A stretch of DNA of 64,000 nucleotides, taken from NCBI RefSeq assembly GCF_009914755.1, contig NC_060937.1. One strand, 5' to 3'. This stretch comes from the human T2T-CHM13v2.0 reference genome, Homo sapiens. The notes below the pieces were generated by a model. It made no database searches, was not told where the DNA came from, and saw only the letters and a list, made by a program, of their open reading frames with translations. Below, one piece after another: positions 16,300 through 29,200 of the stretch. The position numbers were made by a program, and so were the translations under genes. Positions within the stretch are counted from its first letter, which is position 1, and every line of letters begins with the position of its first letter.

Positions 16300-16400
16300 A
16301 TATCTATATTGTATAATATACATATAAATTATATATAATATATAGATATAAAAATATATAAATATATATGATATAAATATTAAAATATACATATACATAC
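16300..16400. repeat. AT-rich low-complexity (TA)n-derived tract
   Basis: Visible degenerate TA repeat. Confidence 0.8.
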
Positions 16401-16609
16401 TCACAGAAATTTTTCTTTTTACTTGTCAAATTTAATAGTATTTTCTTTCAGTTTCTTCCTTAGAAGAAAAACTGAGAAAGTGTTTTATCTCCTTCAGGAA
16501 CAAATGAGTATTCCCTATGTTTATCTTGGTCGTTTTTATTTTCAAAAATGCTTTCAGATATGCCATGGAGCTAGAGTTTTAATAAGGCTTGAAGTGAGGT
16601 GAGTATATA

Positions 16610-16750
16610 ATTGTCTATTCTTGAATACTTTTAAATGGATATAAGGTGTATGCTTTTAAGAATAAAAAGAGACACTATTAATAATTATGCTGGGACAACA
16701 AGTATAAGCAGAAACTATGTTAAGCAAACCAAGATATACATCATTTTAAG
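16610..16750. mobile_element. MER81/MER94-like hAT-Blackjack remnant
   Basis: 'aataattatgctgggacaacaagtataagcagaaacta...agcaaaccaagatat' resembles recalled consensus. Confidence 0.5.
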
Positions 16751-17049
16751 CTGAGTTCTGGTGGGAATATAGCATGGAGACCTCTTCCTTTTCACTAAGA
16801 TGAAAAGTCAGTGCCAATTCCAGAAAACACTAAGCTCTTCCAGTAATAAATGGGCTAATCTACGTTGAAAAGTTGGAGTAAGTACCTGAATAGCCAAAGA
16901 AAAAAGCAATGTAAATATCGAAAAATAATCCAAACTATATCTGTGTTCTTCTTTACAATTCTCATGTCCTTCTACTTCATGCCCTCATTATATCTAACTA
17001 GATTATTCAAGTCAACAAACCTTAGCTAAGGCTAAAGTCACCGCCAATA

Positions 17050-18740
17050 CAATTCTCTTCTTAGCCTCTTGACCACTTAGTACTGCAGACAATTTCTTAA
17101 AAGTCTCCTCTCCCAGTTACCCATTTCCCCTGATTCCTTCCTACCTCCCTAACAATTTCTCCCATAGTTTTCTGAGCTGGATCTTCCTGTAGCAATTCCT
17201 TCCTTCTACCTTCTTACATGCTTCCCCTTGTATTCATGGTATGGGGCAGGTTGTGACTATCTGTACCCAGGCACCCACCTGAGGGTTGAGGGAGGGCTGT
17301 GTGCAGAGTTGGATACCCACATGTCAGCATTCAAAGACCCACTTCTGACCCTGCTCTCCTTAAATCCTCTCATCTATCTCATGGCTTCAATGACCAGCTC
17401 TACACCAATCTTCAACAGCAAAACTCCTCCTCAACTACAGCCCTCTATTTCTGAGTGATCAAACCACTTTGTTATTCCCCAGTCACCTAAATTCAACACA
17501 TCTAAAACTCAACTTATTACTTTCTCCTGAACTTCATTCTTTATCCTGTATCTTTTTCTCCAGTTAATGGCACCATTTTCTACCAGCTGACCAAACTCCT
17601 ATTATCATCACCCTGCCCTCCTTATTCCTCTCTTATCAACATCCAACTAAACAGCACCTGAATTGTTAAGCCACCAAAAATCAACTGCATCTACCCTTTC
17701 TTTTCCATCCCCACAGTTTCAAGGTTTTTATCATCTCTAGCCTAGATTTGTATCAGCTAATTAGCTTCTCTAACTTCAGTCTCTCCTTGAGCCAATGTGT
17801 TCTTACAGTACTGACACTTCTTTGTTCAAAATCTTGTCACCTCATTTCTCAAAATTCCTTAAATGACTCCTAATACTTTAGGAACAAAGGTCATTGCTTA
17901 CATTCTTGATCTAGTCTCAGCCTCATCTCCTACCACTCTCCTTTTATACTGTGTTTCCAACCATGGGCACGATTTAGAATAATGTTCTGTTTACTCTTCT
18001 GTTTACTTTTTCACCAGACATTGTGCTCCCTGAGAAAGAATCTCTGCTGTTCATCTAACACAAAGTTCCACTGACTTGATCTCCTTAATAGCCCTGGAAT
18101 GTGTCCTCTCCACTCTGTCCCCACTGTCACCTCTTTAGTTCAGATCCTTCATAAATTTCATCTGGACTACCGCAATAACCACCTAACTAGTTTCTCTTTG
18201 CCTTAGTTCTAACTCCTAGACAATACTAAAGAGTAAAAGCTAAGTTAGCCAAAGTACAAATGTGCTTAAAATCTTTCAATAACTTCCTCATTCTTCTGAA
18301 CAGAATCCAAATTCCTTAACTACCAAGACTGAAAAGATCTCACTCTTTCCTAATTCACCAGCCTCTTCTCTTGGCACTCTTCCACTTGCAACCTCAGCTT
18401 CATACCAGTGACAACAATTTATATATAGCTCCCTAAATGAGCTATTGTCTCATATAACTAAGTCTCTGCTAATGCTAGTCTCGTTGCCTGAGAGACTCTT
18501 CTAATTGGGTCTGGTTGACCAATTTTCTATGATCATTCCAATCTGGGTCAATCGACCTCATCAATGCCACCATAAGTAAACTGCACATACTTCCACCACA
18601 CTGTGTAGTAACTATGTGTACTTACTTGCAGATTAAGAACAACTTGAGCCCTAGAGCTGCGTATACTTGTGTGTGTATTTTAATCTCTGTATCCCAATAC
18701 CTTAGGACAAGGCCAGACTCATAATGGGTATTTTTAAATT
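17050..18740 (+). mobile_element. L2 fragments
   Basis: Pyrimidine-rich L2 body ('aacacatctaaaactcaac...atggcaccat', 'atctggactaccgcaataaccacctaact') ending in L2 tail. Confidence 0.7.
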
Positions 18741-19461
18741 CTTACCCATCTAAAACTCCTTAGGCTTATTAAGAGGCTATTATTTCTCTTTCCTCCAACT
18801 TCTCCTCCTTACTGCTGCAAATGTAATATTCCTTAATGGAAGGCTTAATGAAGTAATACTCTTTATCAAGAACATTCAAAATCTTACTCATTCTTTTATT
18901 AATCCACTAAACACATATTTACTTGGCAGTTACTATGTGCCAGGCACTTTACTATTTGCTGGAAATATTAAATAAAGAAAACATAGGGCTGTGCCTTAGT
19001 GATATGGAAAACACGTTTTAAAAGTCCATTTCAACACAATGTGGTAAGGACACAACAGGGCATAGGACAACAAGATGATACAGAAGCACCTAAATCTGCA
19101 AGAGGCACTGACTACGGCTTCAAAGATGAAGTACAGCATAAAAGGAAGTAATAATATACACAATGGAAGCAAATTTAATCAAGCTACTGTCCGTACAATT
19201 GGTACAGCTAAAAAGTTTTCATTAATGGCTAATTCATAATGCTTTAAGAAGAGAAGGTACGTTTGGAGACAGCTTAAGAAAAGTCCCTCAGGGCCACTGT
19301 GTAAAGTTCATGGCAGCCCTGAGTCCTAAATGTCCATGTCACAAACACCATGGCAACAGACATTGTGTTCAAGGGCACAATGGTCTTTGCTGCTACTGTA
19401 TTTCCTACATTCTTATATCCTGTGAAGTCTTTTCAATCTTTGCCACCATGGAGTTTTTCAA

Positions 19462-19512
19462 ATTGTCTTTTGTTCTTTGTCTCTTTGTCTCTTTGTTCTT
19501 TGTCTCTTTGTT
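19462..19512. repeat. Imperfect 7-8-bp (CTTTGTY) tandem repeat
   Basis: attgtc-ttttgtt-ctttgtct-ctttgtct-ctttgtt-ctttgtct-ctttgtt. Confidence 0.85.
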
Positions 19513-20483
19513 CCTTTCCACTATATGAATAGAGTGTAATACTATCAGTGCTTGGAAATAGTATGTTTTCCTCATAATCATGTTTTTGCCTTTGACAGGC
19601 AAGTTTTCTTTCTACTTTTGTGTCTTATAAGTAGCTTTATTTTCTGTTCATTTGTTTACTGATTGTGCAAGAGCATTAATGCTCCAGAAGAAAAATAAAA
19701 CATTAGTTAATTGGCTATAAAATGAATAAAAATCAAATCAAGGTTATGCTCTTTTCTACGACATAAAAAATATAGTTTTGACAGATTTCAGAATTTTTAA
19801 CCAAGATTTTTATTAAGAATAATATGTCTAGATACCTATAAAGTTAATATAACTTAAAATATATTATAGAAAATTTTAAGTAGTTGTTTTACTATAAAAG
19901 TAATACACAGCCACTTGACAGAAAAGTTGGAAGAGAAAACATTTTTATATTATAGGTAATTTTCTCTAAAAAAATTCTTATTAAAGTAAACATCTACAAT
20001 AAAGCTTTCTAGATACAAACTTATATGTCTTAGTGGAAGGTCCATAATTATTGGCTAGTTTACAAGGAGAGAATTCTCTACCCTCCTCCTTTAAAAAAGA
20101 AAGGAAAAGGAAAGAAAAGAAAAATACTAGAAACTTGCAGGAAAAAGAAGAGTATGAGAAAAAGGATGCATAGGACATATCCCTCTGAACTACTGAAATC
20201 TTTAACAAGCAAGTAAAAGAGGATGATAGCTCTGCTTTGTTTTTAAAATGTTTAATTTAAAAATTGCATATAAAATTACATATATAATTATATGTGTGTA
20301 TGTGTATATATTTTATATATATGTACTTATATATATACTTAATATACTTAATATATGTACTTATATATATACTTAATATATATAAAATTTATTACCCTAA
20401 TCATAGCAACCATTCCTCCAATTTTTAAGTACCTTTGGAAAAAATTTTCTGTTTTCTGTCTTATGTCTTAATAAAAGTTGTTC

Positions 20484-20794
<311 letters not shown>

Positions 20795-20920
20795 TCATTT
20801 TGCATCATCTAAATTAAATTTAGGAAATCACAAAAATAATTACATGTCAATTTCACTTGAATTGGAGTGTACTACCACAATTTAAGTGATTTATCCAAGA
20901 ACACAAAGCAATACTCTTAC

Positions 20921-21027
20921 CTGAATGTTGTCATAGAAAAGAACATCAGGCACTTTCATTTTCTCATGTGCATTATAGATCGGTGCACTAACAGCACCAA
21001 TCCTCAGAGTTCCAGATGTTACTTCAC
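20921..21027 (-). CDS. VWA8: VWA8 coding exon, 107 nt: (C)EVTSGTLRIGAVSAPIYNAHEKMKVPDVLFYDNIQ
   Basis: Acceptor atgtttag|GTGAA, donor CAG|gtaaga; phase 1-0. Confidence 0.95.
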
Positions 21028-21508
21028 CTAAACATTTCACACAGGACGGATAATTATTCATAGCACTGTCCTCAGAGATGCCAAGCCACCCAACACAGAA
21101 TGCAATACAGCTTCAGTAATATCTGTGGATTTTAATTTAACATCTAAAGAAATAAGCTGGAGAGTAGTAATAAAACACCACAGCTCTAGATACAAAATGC
21201 TTCAAAAGGTAACAAATTTTCTTTAAAACAATGTAGATAGAAAACAGTATATATATAATTGTGAGAAACTAAAAAAAAAAACAAAACAAAAAACCAGAAT
21301 ACAGTCAAGCCACCTTCACAAGCTTGTTTGGTCAGAAACTATAACACATACATAAGTTAAATACACCTAAATTCAAAAGCTCCAAAGTACCTTGAATATT
21401 ATCTTTTAGTGTGCACCAATTTAGAAACCCCTTAAGATAATCTCCTATAGCTCTAGTCAAAAATACAGATGAACTAACCTACCACAGAACTCTTAAATTA
21501 CTATTTTC

Positions 21509-21790
21509 AGCCAAGTGCAGTGGCACATGCCTGTCACCAGCATTTCAGGAGGCCAAGGCAGAAGGATCACTTGAGCCTAGGGGTTCAAGACCAGCCTGGG
21601 TAACACAGAGAGACCCTGTCTCTACAAAAAATTTTAAAAATTATCCAGGCCTGATGGCATACGCCTGTAGTCCCAGCTATTCAGGAGGCTGAGGCAGGAG
21701 GATTGCTTGAGCCTGGGAGGTTGAGGCTACAGTGAGCCATGATTGCACCACTGTACTCCAGCCTGGGTAACAGAGTGCAACCTTGTCTCT
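21509..21790 (+). mobile_element. AluJ-like inserted into a MER5-like remnant
   Basis: TSD aaattactattttc at ~21495 and ~21925. Confidence 0.88.
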
Positions 21791-21818
21791 CTCTCTCTCT
21801 CTCTCTTTATACATATAC

Positions 21819-21898
<80 letters not shown>
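21786..21898. repeat. Compound (TC)n(TACATA)n(TA)n(CA)n microsatellite replacing the Alu tail
   Basis: Directly visible. Confidence 0.95.
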
Positions 21899-21899
<1 letters not shown>

Positions 21900-22279
21900 A
21901 AAACATAACAAAATAAATATTTTAAAATTACTATTTTCGAGGTTGGTCCAGGAGGCCTATATTTTCAAATAATCACCCAGGTGATTTTCATACCCAGCCA
22001 GATTGGGAAACTGTCTTATGCAATTATTTTGTAATAATAATTATTATATTGTTCCTTATTTGCTTTAAATAGGTTGACCTAGAATACATTATTAGTTCCT
22101 GGAAGCCAGAAAACTAAGTAATAAAGCTCTTGAAATCAGGGAACATATCTGCTATGTATTCCCTACAGTAACCAGATATGCATGACATGTTCACTGACAT
22201 GTTCCAAGTTCAATAATATTAATAACATTAATAGTAGTAGGTATTTTAGTAATACTAATGATTACAATGATAGAAGCTA

Positions 22280-22480
22280 TCATTTATTAAGGACCTTCTA
22301 TGTGCCAGATCCCAAGCTAAAGCTTCACCTCATTTTTTTCTCATATGACTTCATGCAATTCAAAGAGGAAAGAATAATGAGAATACTAAGAACATACACT
22401 ATGTAATTTGCTCAAAATCACCCAGCTAATATGAGTAGAGCTTAAAACAATTTAGTCTAGTCTGACATTCTTTCTACCAT
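22280..22480 (-). mobile_element. MIR SINE
   Basis: 'catttattaaggaccttctatgtgccag...taatttgctcaaaatcacccagcta'. Confidence 0.65.
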
Positions 22481-24559
22481 ATGGGATATATTTAATATTT
22501 TGACTCCAAATAACATTGCAACCTGTGGAAATACCTTAGCAAGCAAATATACAACGCCTTAAACAATTCACCCATCTTTTTTTTTTTCTACTTCAAGTAA
22601 GAAAATTACAGTTTGTTTCTCCACTAGAATGCGACTTTTGTGCTAAGCGTTTTGGAAGACAATGGAGAAAAGCAACTTTTGCTTCTATGGAGTGCTGTGA
22701 ACAAATCTGAGCTAAAAATAATTGTCATCCTGTTTAATCACTGTGGAGTGCTACACATTTGACACAGCACAGTAGATCTTAACAGTAACTTCGCCCTTCA
22801 ATAGATCCTTGCCATTTTCCTTTTGTTTACAAGTTCTACAGGGAAGGAAAACCATGAGCTGTAACACTGAGAGTTTACTATTTATTTACCACCATTAGGT
22901 CTCTGAAATAGACCCAGTATAAAACTGTAAAGGGAAAGAAAGAGCAGGGATATGGCAGTGAATCTACTATCTAGTTGCATGTTGAGATGACACACATAAT
23001 TTCAGATTCAAACAGCATCTGATGCTATCTATGGTTTAGTTTACGGAATACATCCACTCAGCAGATTTACGGCTTAAGGACAAGTTTATTCACTCATCCA
23101 ATGTTTATTGTTAAAATGTCAACCTCAAAAAGGGAAATGCACTCAGAGAATGGTGATGCTAGCACTTCTGTGGGAGAAAGTTGGCTAGCTATCTTCTAAG
23201 AAACCCACAGAATGGCATTATTTTGGTACATTTGTCAAGTTTCTCAGCCTAGTAGGCTGTAAACCTGATTTTGTCATCACAACTAAGGGCAAATCTAACT
23301 TTCAGGAGAATATTAAAGATACATATTCTGGTTTCTCTATATATATAATGATGTAAAATCAGAATTGCAAAATATTATATGACAACTGTAACTTTCACAT
23401 GGACTATGATATACTGGTTGCCATAACCAGCATATTAATTGAAGGGAACCTGCATGGAAAGCCAGTACCTCATCAGAAGATTGTTGTGTGAACACGGAGA
23501 GTTAATTAAATGAATTCTTCATAAGAGAGATGGCCTTAAAGATGAATGGAACCAGACAAGTAAAAAGTCTCTTCACTTAGGCTCCTTATCCCCTACATGA
23601 GGCTTAGATGGGCACTGCTAACACTAGCCAGTAACCAAGACCAAACAATCGGCAGTCTGAATGACAGTCGTTCTTTGGATATTTAATAGACTCACTCAAA
23701 TAATATTGAGAATACAATATTATTCCTTCTCTTTGAGTTGACTCTGCGTATCTGTATTCAGATCCCTCAGTATGCTGAGTTTATAATTTGACTCTAAAAA
23801 AAATCTTATTTCCTCAATACCAAATTCTTGTCTCAGTGCAGCCCTAATGATTAAAAGCATCTGCTACAAAGAAAGCCACAACAGTCCCTTTTAAAGAGTA
23901 GTCACACATTGGCTGCTTCAATAAAATAGGTATTTACATTTTTAAAAAATTGAAAATCTTTCATTGTGTTCTAATTGAAGAATAGAAAGCTTTTAAATGA
24001 AGAACTAAATCTCCCCGAAACTGAAAATTATATTTATGGCTATCCAGAAGAAAAGTACCACAAAAGACAATACAGGTGGAAATGGAATGAATAAGAGGGC
24101 ATGCATATTCTGATTATTATTTTAGTTTGTATCAACCTAGGAAAGTTTCTCCAACATATCTTATAGGACATCGCTGACCCTCAAAATGTAAACATGCAAA
24201 GAAAACAGCATTCTAGATTCACTGGTGAAATACATTTGGAAAAAGTACATTTCTCAAAATTAGACAAGTTGATTTACAGCAGGAATTCTCAGAGTATCAA
24301 TTAGTATCAATTGTGAGTCTTAAGGGTGAGGGGAATTGTATCTAGTATGTACTGAAATGAAGTAAATATTCTAAGATTTTACTTGTGTTTTTCAAACTTA
24401 AAAAAATCAGATTCATTTCTTCAAACTAATATATAAAACAAAGTAGATGAAAACCAAAAACTGTTTAACTGTTTATTTTAACTGGAATTAAAATAAACAG
24501 CATCAAATGTTTGTTAATTATTATTTCACTTAAAAAAAAGAGCCAAATCAAATACTTAC

Positions 24560-24666
24560 ATTTGTAATCCTTCAGTTCTGGCTCCAAATTGTCATCAGTA
24601 TTTATTTCTATTGTAGCATCTGCCAGATTTTTTTCTAATGCTGACCTAGCAAGACTGGGTAAAAAC
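24560..24666 (-). CDS. VWA8: VWA8 coding exon, 107 nt: (R)FLPSLARSALEKNLADATIEINTDDNLEPELKDYK(C)
   Basis: Long pyrimidine tract ...cctcttcatcctccag|GTTT, donor AAT|gtaagt; phase 2-1 matches neighbours. Confidence 0.95.
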
Positions 24667-24728
24667 CTGGAGGATGAAGAGGGAGGAAGGGGGAAATGGC
24701 TTAAGTCAAAGCTTTCTGCGATTCTTAA

Positions 24729-24730
<2 letters not shown>

Positions 24731-24760
<30 letters not shown>
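24731..24760. repeat. (CA)15 microsatellite, read as (UG)15 in VWA8 pre-mRNA
   Basis: Perfect repeat ~64 nt upstream of the acceptor at 24667. Confidence 0.97.
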
Positions 24761-24762
<2 letters not shown>

Positions 24763-26065
24763 CTTACTAATTACAACTAATTAAGGAAGATCAGTCTGGA
24801 TCTGTAAAATCTAAATCAAACAAAATTTTAGAATAAATATAAACTTAATGTACGTGTGAATTATATGTTTGTGGAATCTCCTTTAATAAGTAAAACTTAT
24901 TTGTAATTAGCAGTACTGATTTATGTACAACACTTTGCAAAATAAAATTTAAAATTTGCTTTCTTAAGTACAATTAGTATACTGGCTTATCAAATTTTCT
25001 TAAGTAGATTAAACAACAACACTTGGCTGTTCTAGGTTGGCAATCATAAATTCAAACCAGTGGAGATGGATTAATGAGATTTTCTTTAGTTTCTAACATA
25101 AGCTTCTGAATGAATTTAACATTATCTAGCTTCGTTCTTCCTATTAAAAAATATATCTGCTTATCTATTCTATGTGTATGTTGTCAAAACAACCATCTAG
25201 TGAGTGACAGTTATTCTTCAAACAAACGGATTATGAGCATCATGTGCCTGAGGCATGAAACATAGTTTCCCACCTACACAAATAAAGCTATAGCTAGAAT
25301 TTATGGTCCCAAGTGAGCCAACGGATATGACTTTTAATCCATGGTACCCATGGTTTAACTATACCACTTTAAATTAACCACTATGTGATATAACGTTCCA
25401 AATAAACATACTAAGAACATACCACTTTTAAACAATTTGGGTTTTTCACAGCTCTAAATCTTTGGTGGTGATTCCTACAGTCTTGAGTATAATCTCTAAT
25501 AGTGGAAAGATTGGAGAGCATGAGGCAGCAAATAGACAAGCATGTAAAGAACTGTCAGATTTCCTGTCCCTGTAAAATTCCAGTCCATATATCTGACATT
25601 ATTATCTCTTACCTCCTGCCTCATTTTGGGCCTAGGCTATGATAGAGGAAATTACATAGCTCTATGCTAGTAACTCCTCAGTTCAGCATGAAGTCAGACT
25701 TTGCTGCTCATCTCTGAACTTTCGTCATAGTTCTTAGATCACTGCCTCGTTCAAAAACCAAGCCCTCACCTTATCTCCCAGTCCAATAGCTGGCTTTTGT
25801 CCTGTTTCCTGAGCCCTTGTCTTGGCACCCTGCTTAACCTTCCTCTTACCACTATCCCACAAACCAGAGGCTGGCTTGGTAACATTAGGCCCTGCAGCTG
25901 CATCCCTATTACTTCCTGTCAGAACACCCTGACTGGCATTGACTATTTTCAGGCTTAGACTTGTTGGCTATTCCCAGGCTTCCCCAACACGTATATAGTC
26001 TGCGTGTCAACACATCTTAATGTTGGCCCTGTGTGGAAACATTTCTAGATTACACTCCAAAGCCT

Positions 26066-26243
26066 GCAGAGAATAGCAAATATGGCACGGATGCCTTCCC
26101 TTCACCAATATTGGCAGGCATTGCTTGCTAATAGGGCATTCTTTCCTTCTGAGACTGAACACACTTCACCATTATTCTCAATCTAGCACCCAGACAGCAA
26201 TATCAATCAAGGTACCAAGGAAGTTGAAATATATTTACATCTA
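26066..26243. mobile_element. MER117-like hAT-Charlie element
   Basis: 'cagagaatagcaaatatggcac...ggcattctttccttctgag...gaaatatatttacatc' resembles recalled consensus. Confidence 0.55.
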
Positions 26244-29200
26244 GAACATTCTAAGATACTGGCCCATCCAACAAATGAGGAAAATGGAACATATCAGGCG
26301 GTGTAAGGCCAATCCTAATTTTTTTCCTGGATTTTAAGGGATTTGTTAACTGTTTCCTTTCCCATTGCTCACTGATATTTTTTACTTATTTTTTCCCTCT
26401 CCTCCCTTGGCCTTGGTAAAATAAGCAAATAAATGAATGAATGAAATATTACTCTTTACTATCCTAGCTTCCCAAAACCAAAGCAAGCACATACCCTGTT
26501 GCAAATTTTCCAAGTGTACTTATAACTATTATGAACAGCCTGGTGTCTTTTAAAAGTAATTATTACATTTATCATATTTATTCATTTTACCAACAAAAAA
26601 AAATTGGAAAAGCTCTAGTCTCATTAGGTTTTGGTTATAAGAAAAACTAAAGAAAGATTCAGCTACACTCTGGGAAAGTCAAAAAGAGAAGTATAGTAGT
26701 TACACTAAGCTAACGCAAATAACTGTCTTTGTCACAGGAGTGGGATAGGATCTTTAGATTAAGGAATAAGATAGGACTTCTCAGGATGGTAGCAAAGAAG
26801 TCTGTTAAGGGTCGGGGTATTCTCACATCACCAGCGCTAGGAAGGAGGGGTGTTACTTGCAAGAGTGAAAGAAAAAGACTGAGGGGTTCTGTGGATACTA
26901 GGCAGTCTTTGACTTCTATTCAGAATGTAATTGATTAATTAATTTGTACTTGTGATTTTAAATCTTAAATTTCCAAATAGTATTGGAATATTTAAGATAA
27001 TTTATGGTACAGCCTATTTATAAATTTAATTGACTATATTTGTGCCTTAATTACTCAGGAAGGTTTTGTTTGTTCATTGAGACATCCAAAGTATGTAAAA
27101 GGAAACAATATATAAAATTTATTAACCATTTCAAATGTTTGAAGGTATTTTATTTAGCCGAGTTTTATAAATGGAACCAGACATTTTTCAAAGGCTTTTC
27201 AAAGTGATGGTTAATATCTGCTAGACTTACATAGTTAACTGAATGAATGAACAGAAAAGCCTAAAGAAGGTCTCAATTTTTTAAATTATAACACCATAAA
27301 ACTGAATGCCAGCTTCTAAAACCAAAAATAAATCCCCAAATAGTCTTTCCTGCAAGCAAAACGATTCTTCCAGACAACAAAAAATTCACACCAACAATAA
27401 TCTTCTAGTTTTAACACTGTGTATGATTAGTTCGATCAGACTTGTGATTTTTAAAATTAATTACTAACAGCTTAAACAGTGAAAATTTTATATAGATGTT
27501 ACTCACTTTGCTTATTTATTTATTTATCCATAGGTGTTGATCCCAAATATTTTATATCCAAAGGGAATTTCTGACAACTGCATGCAAATTGAGTTTTTGA
27601 CAAATAGAATAATTTCCTCATTACTTCAATATCAGAAACAGTTAATCTTCATTTCTGATTAAACTCTTACAACTGTGTCTAAAATTTCTGTGCTAAAGGA
27701 TCAGCATAGAATTGAATTTTGAGGATCACCTCAAAATTTTCCAGAAGTAAATAAATTAATGAAATACCAAACACTTGAGTGAAGTAGAACTCTTATTACA
27801 GAGACCTCTAATTAATTTTTCTACAATAAAAGTATTTTTGGAATGCAAATTACTTGAGAATTTCCTAATCTTCTAAATTCTTCCCTGTAGTTCCTCAGGT
27901 TTACAAATGTCTAGAAAATGAATTATGCATCAAGCTCTGAATTGATGTTCACTTTATAGGGTATGAGGATGAGGTACTTAGGGAATTCATCAGATAAAAA
28001 TTGTTGCAATCTTAATGCCATTGGCATAAATATATGAGTGATATTTTAAAAATTACATTAACAAAAAAAAGCCCAACTAATATTTATAAACTCAATGTTT
28101 AATAAATTTAGGTTAGATAATTTATCTTGATTTTTGTCTGCTTCATAAAGTTCTTTGTGAAAATAAGTTATATCAATGTTTGTTTTAAAATTTTCCACAA
28201 AATCCAATTCCTTTTCACTGATTCAATATAAAATGAGTTTTTTTTTTAAAAAAACAATAAAATACTTTATGAATCAATAATTTTGGGTTCCTTCCTGCCA
28301 CTGTGTTATTCTAAAGAGAAGGTTAGTAAGAAGGCTTTTGAGTCTGCAGCCTTGCTAAACTCAACAGATGATGCATAAACAAAATAGCTGTTTTCTATTC
28401 ATTTCTAGTTGAAAGGGTCATGGAGTGATTACAAAATAAGAATTTTTTGTGGTCAGTTGATAACACTGGAAAAATTAGTCAACTATTTGATTCAGTGAAT
28501 ATGTATGAGAATGAAAAGTAACCAATTTTTGTTTTTCAGTTTTTTTAATTATGAAATATTTCAGTATTTCAGAAAATTAAAGAGATTATAGAAAATTATG
28601 AAGACTATTAAACATTCTATTCATCTCTCTCCATCTCTAGAGAGAACTCTAACCTTGAAACTGGTGTGTATTTGTTGTCCATATTTTTATATTTTGCTAC
28701 GTAAGTGTGTATGAATAAAAAATATATTGTACTGTTTATCACATTTAACATTTTGTACAAATCACATCATATACTGAATCTCCTTTTGCAACTTTTTTAC
28801 TCAATATTAAGGTGTTATGATAGATAACTGTAAATGCATGCAACTTACTTCATTTTGACTGTTGTAAATTATTTTATCATACAAATATATCAATTTATAT
28901 ATTCATTTCCTACTGATGGACAGATGGGCTGTTTCCAATTCTTCATTATTACAATGATACAGTGAACATTCCTGTATATACCTCCTTATATACACATGTA
29001 AGTCTATCTTTAAAGCAGATATCGAGAAGTGGAATTGTCAAATCATAGAGTAATAATATATTTAGGCAAAAAAAAACTGTTGAAACTTCCATCCCAACAG
29101 CAGTGATGAAATTACATTCCTCTCCATTCATAAAAAATGTTACTACAAGTAAAAAATTTAAAGTATAAAATGATAGCTGATTATTATTTTAAATTTCATT

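Noticed and set aside
23417-23432. RFX X-box-like motifs here, at ~19345 and at ~51048
   Set aside because: Only one good half-site each; not distinguishable from background.
20921-24666. Two adjacent exons both exactly 107 nt (possible exon duplication or mutually exclusive pair)
   Set aside because: No sequence similarity and different phases (2-1 versus 1-0); both are needed to keep the frame.
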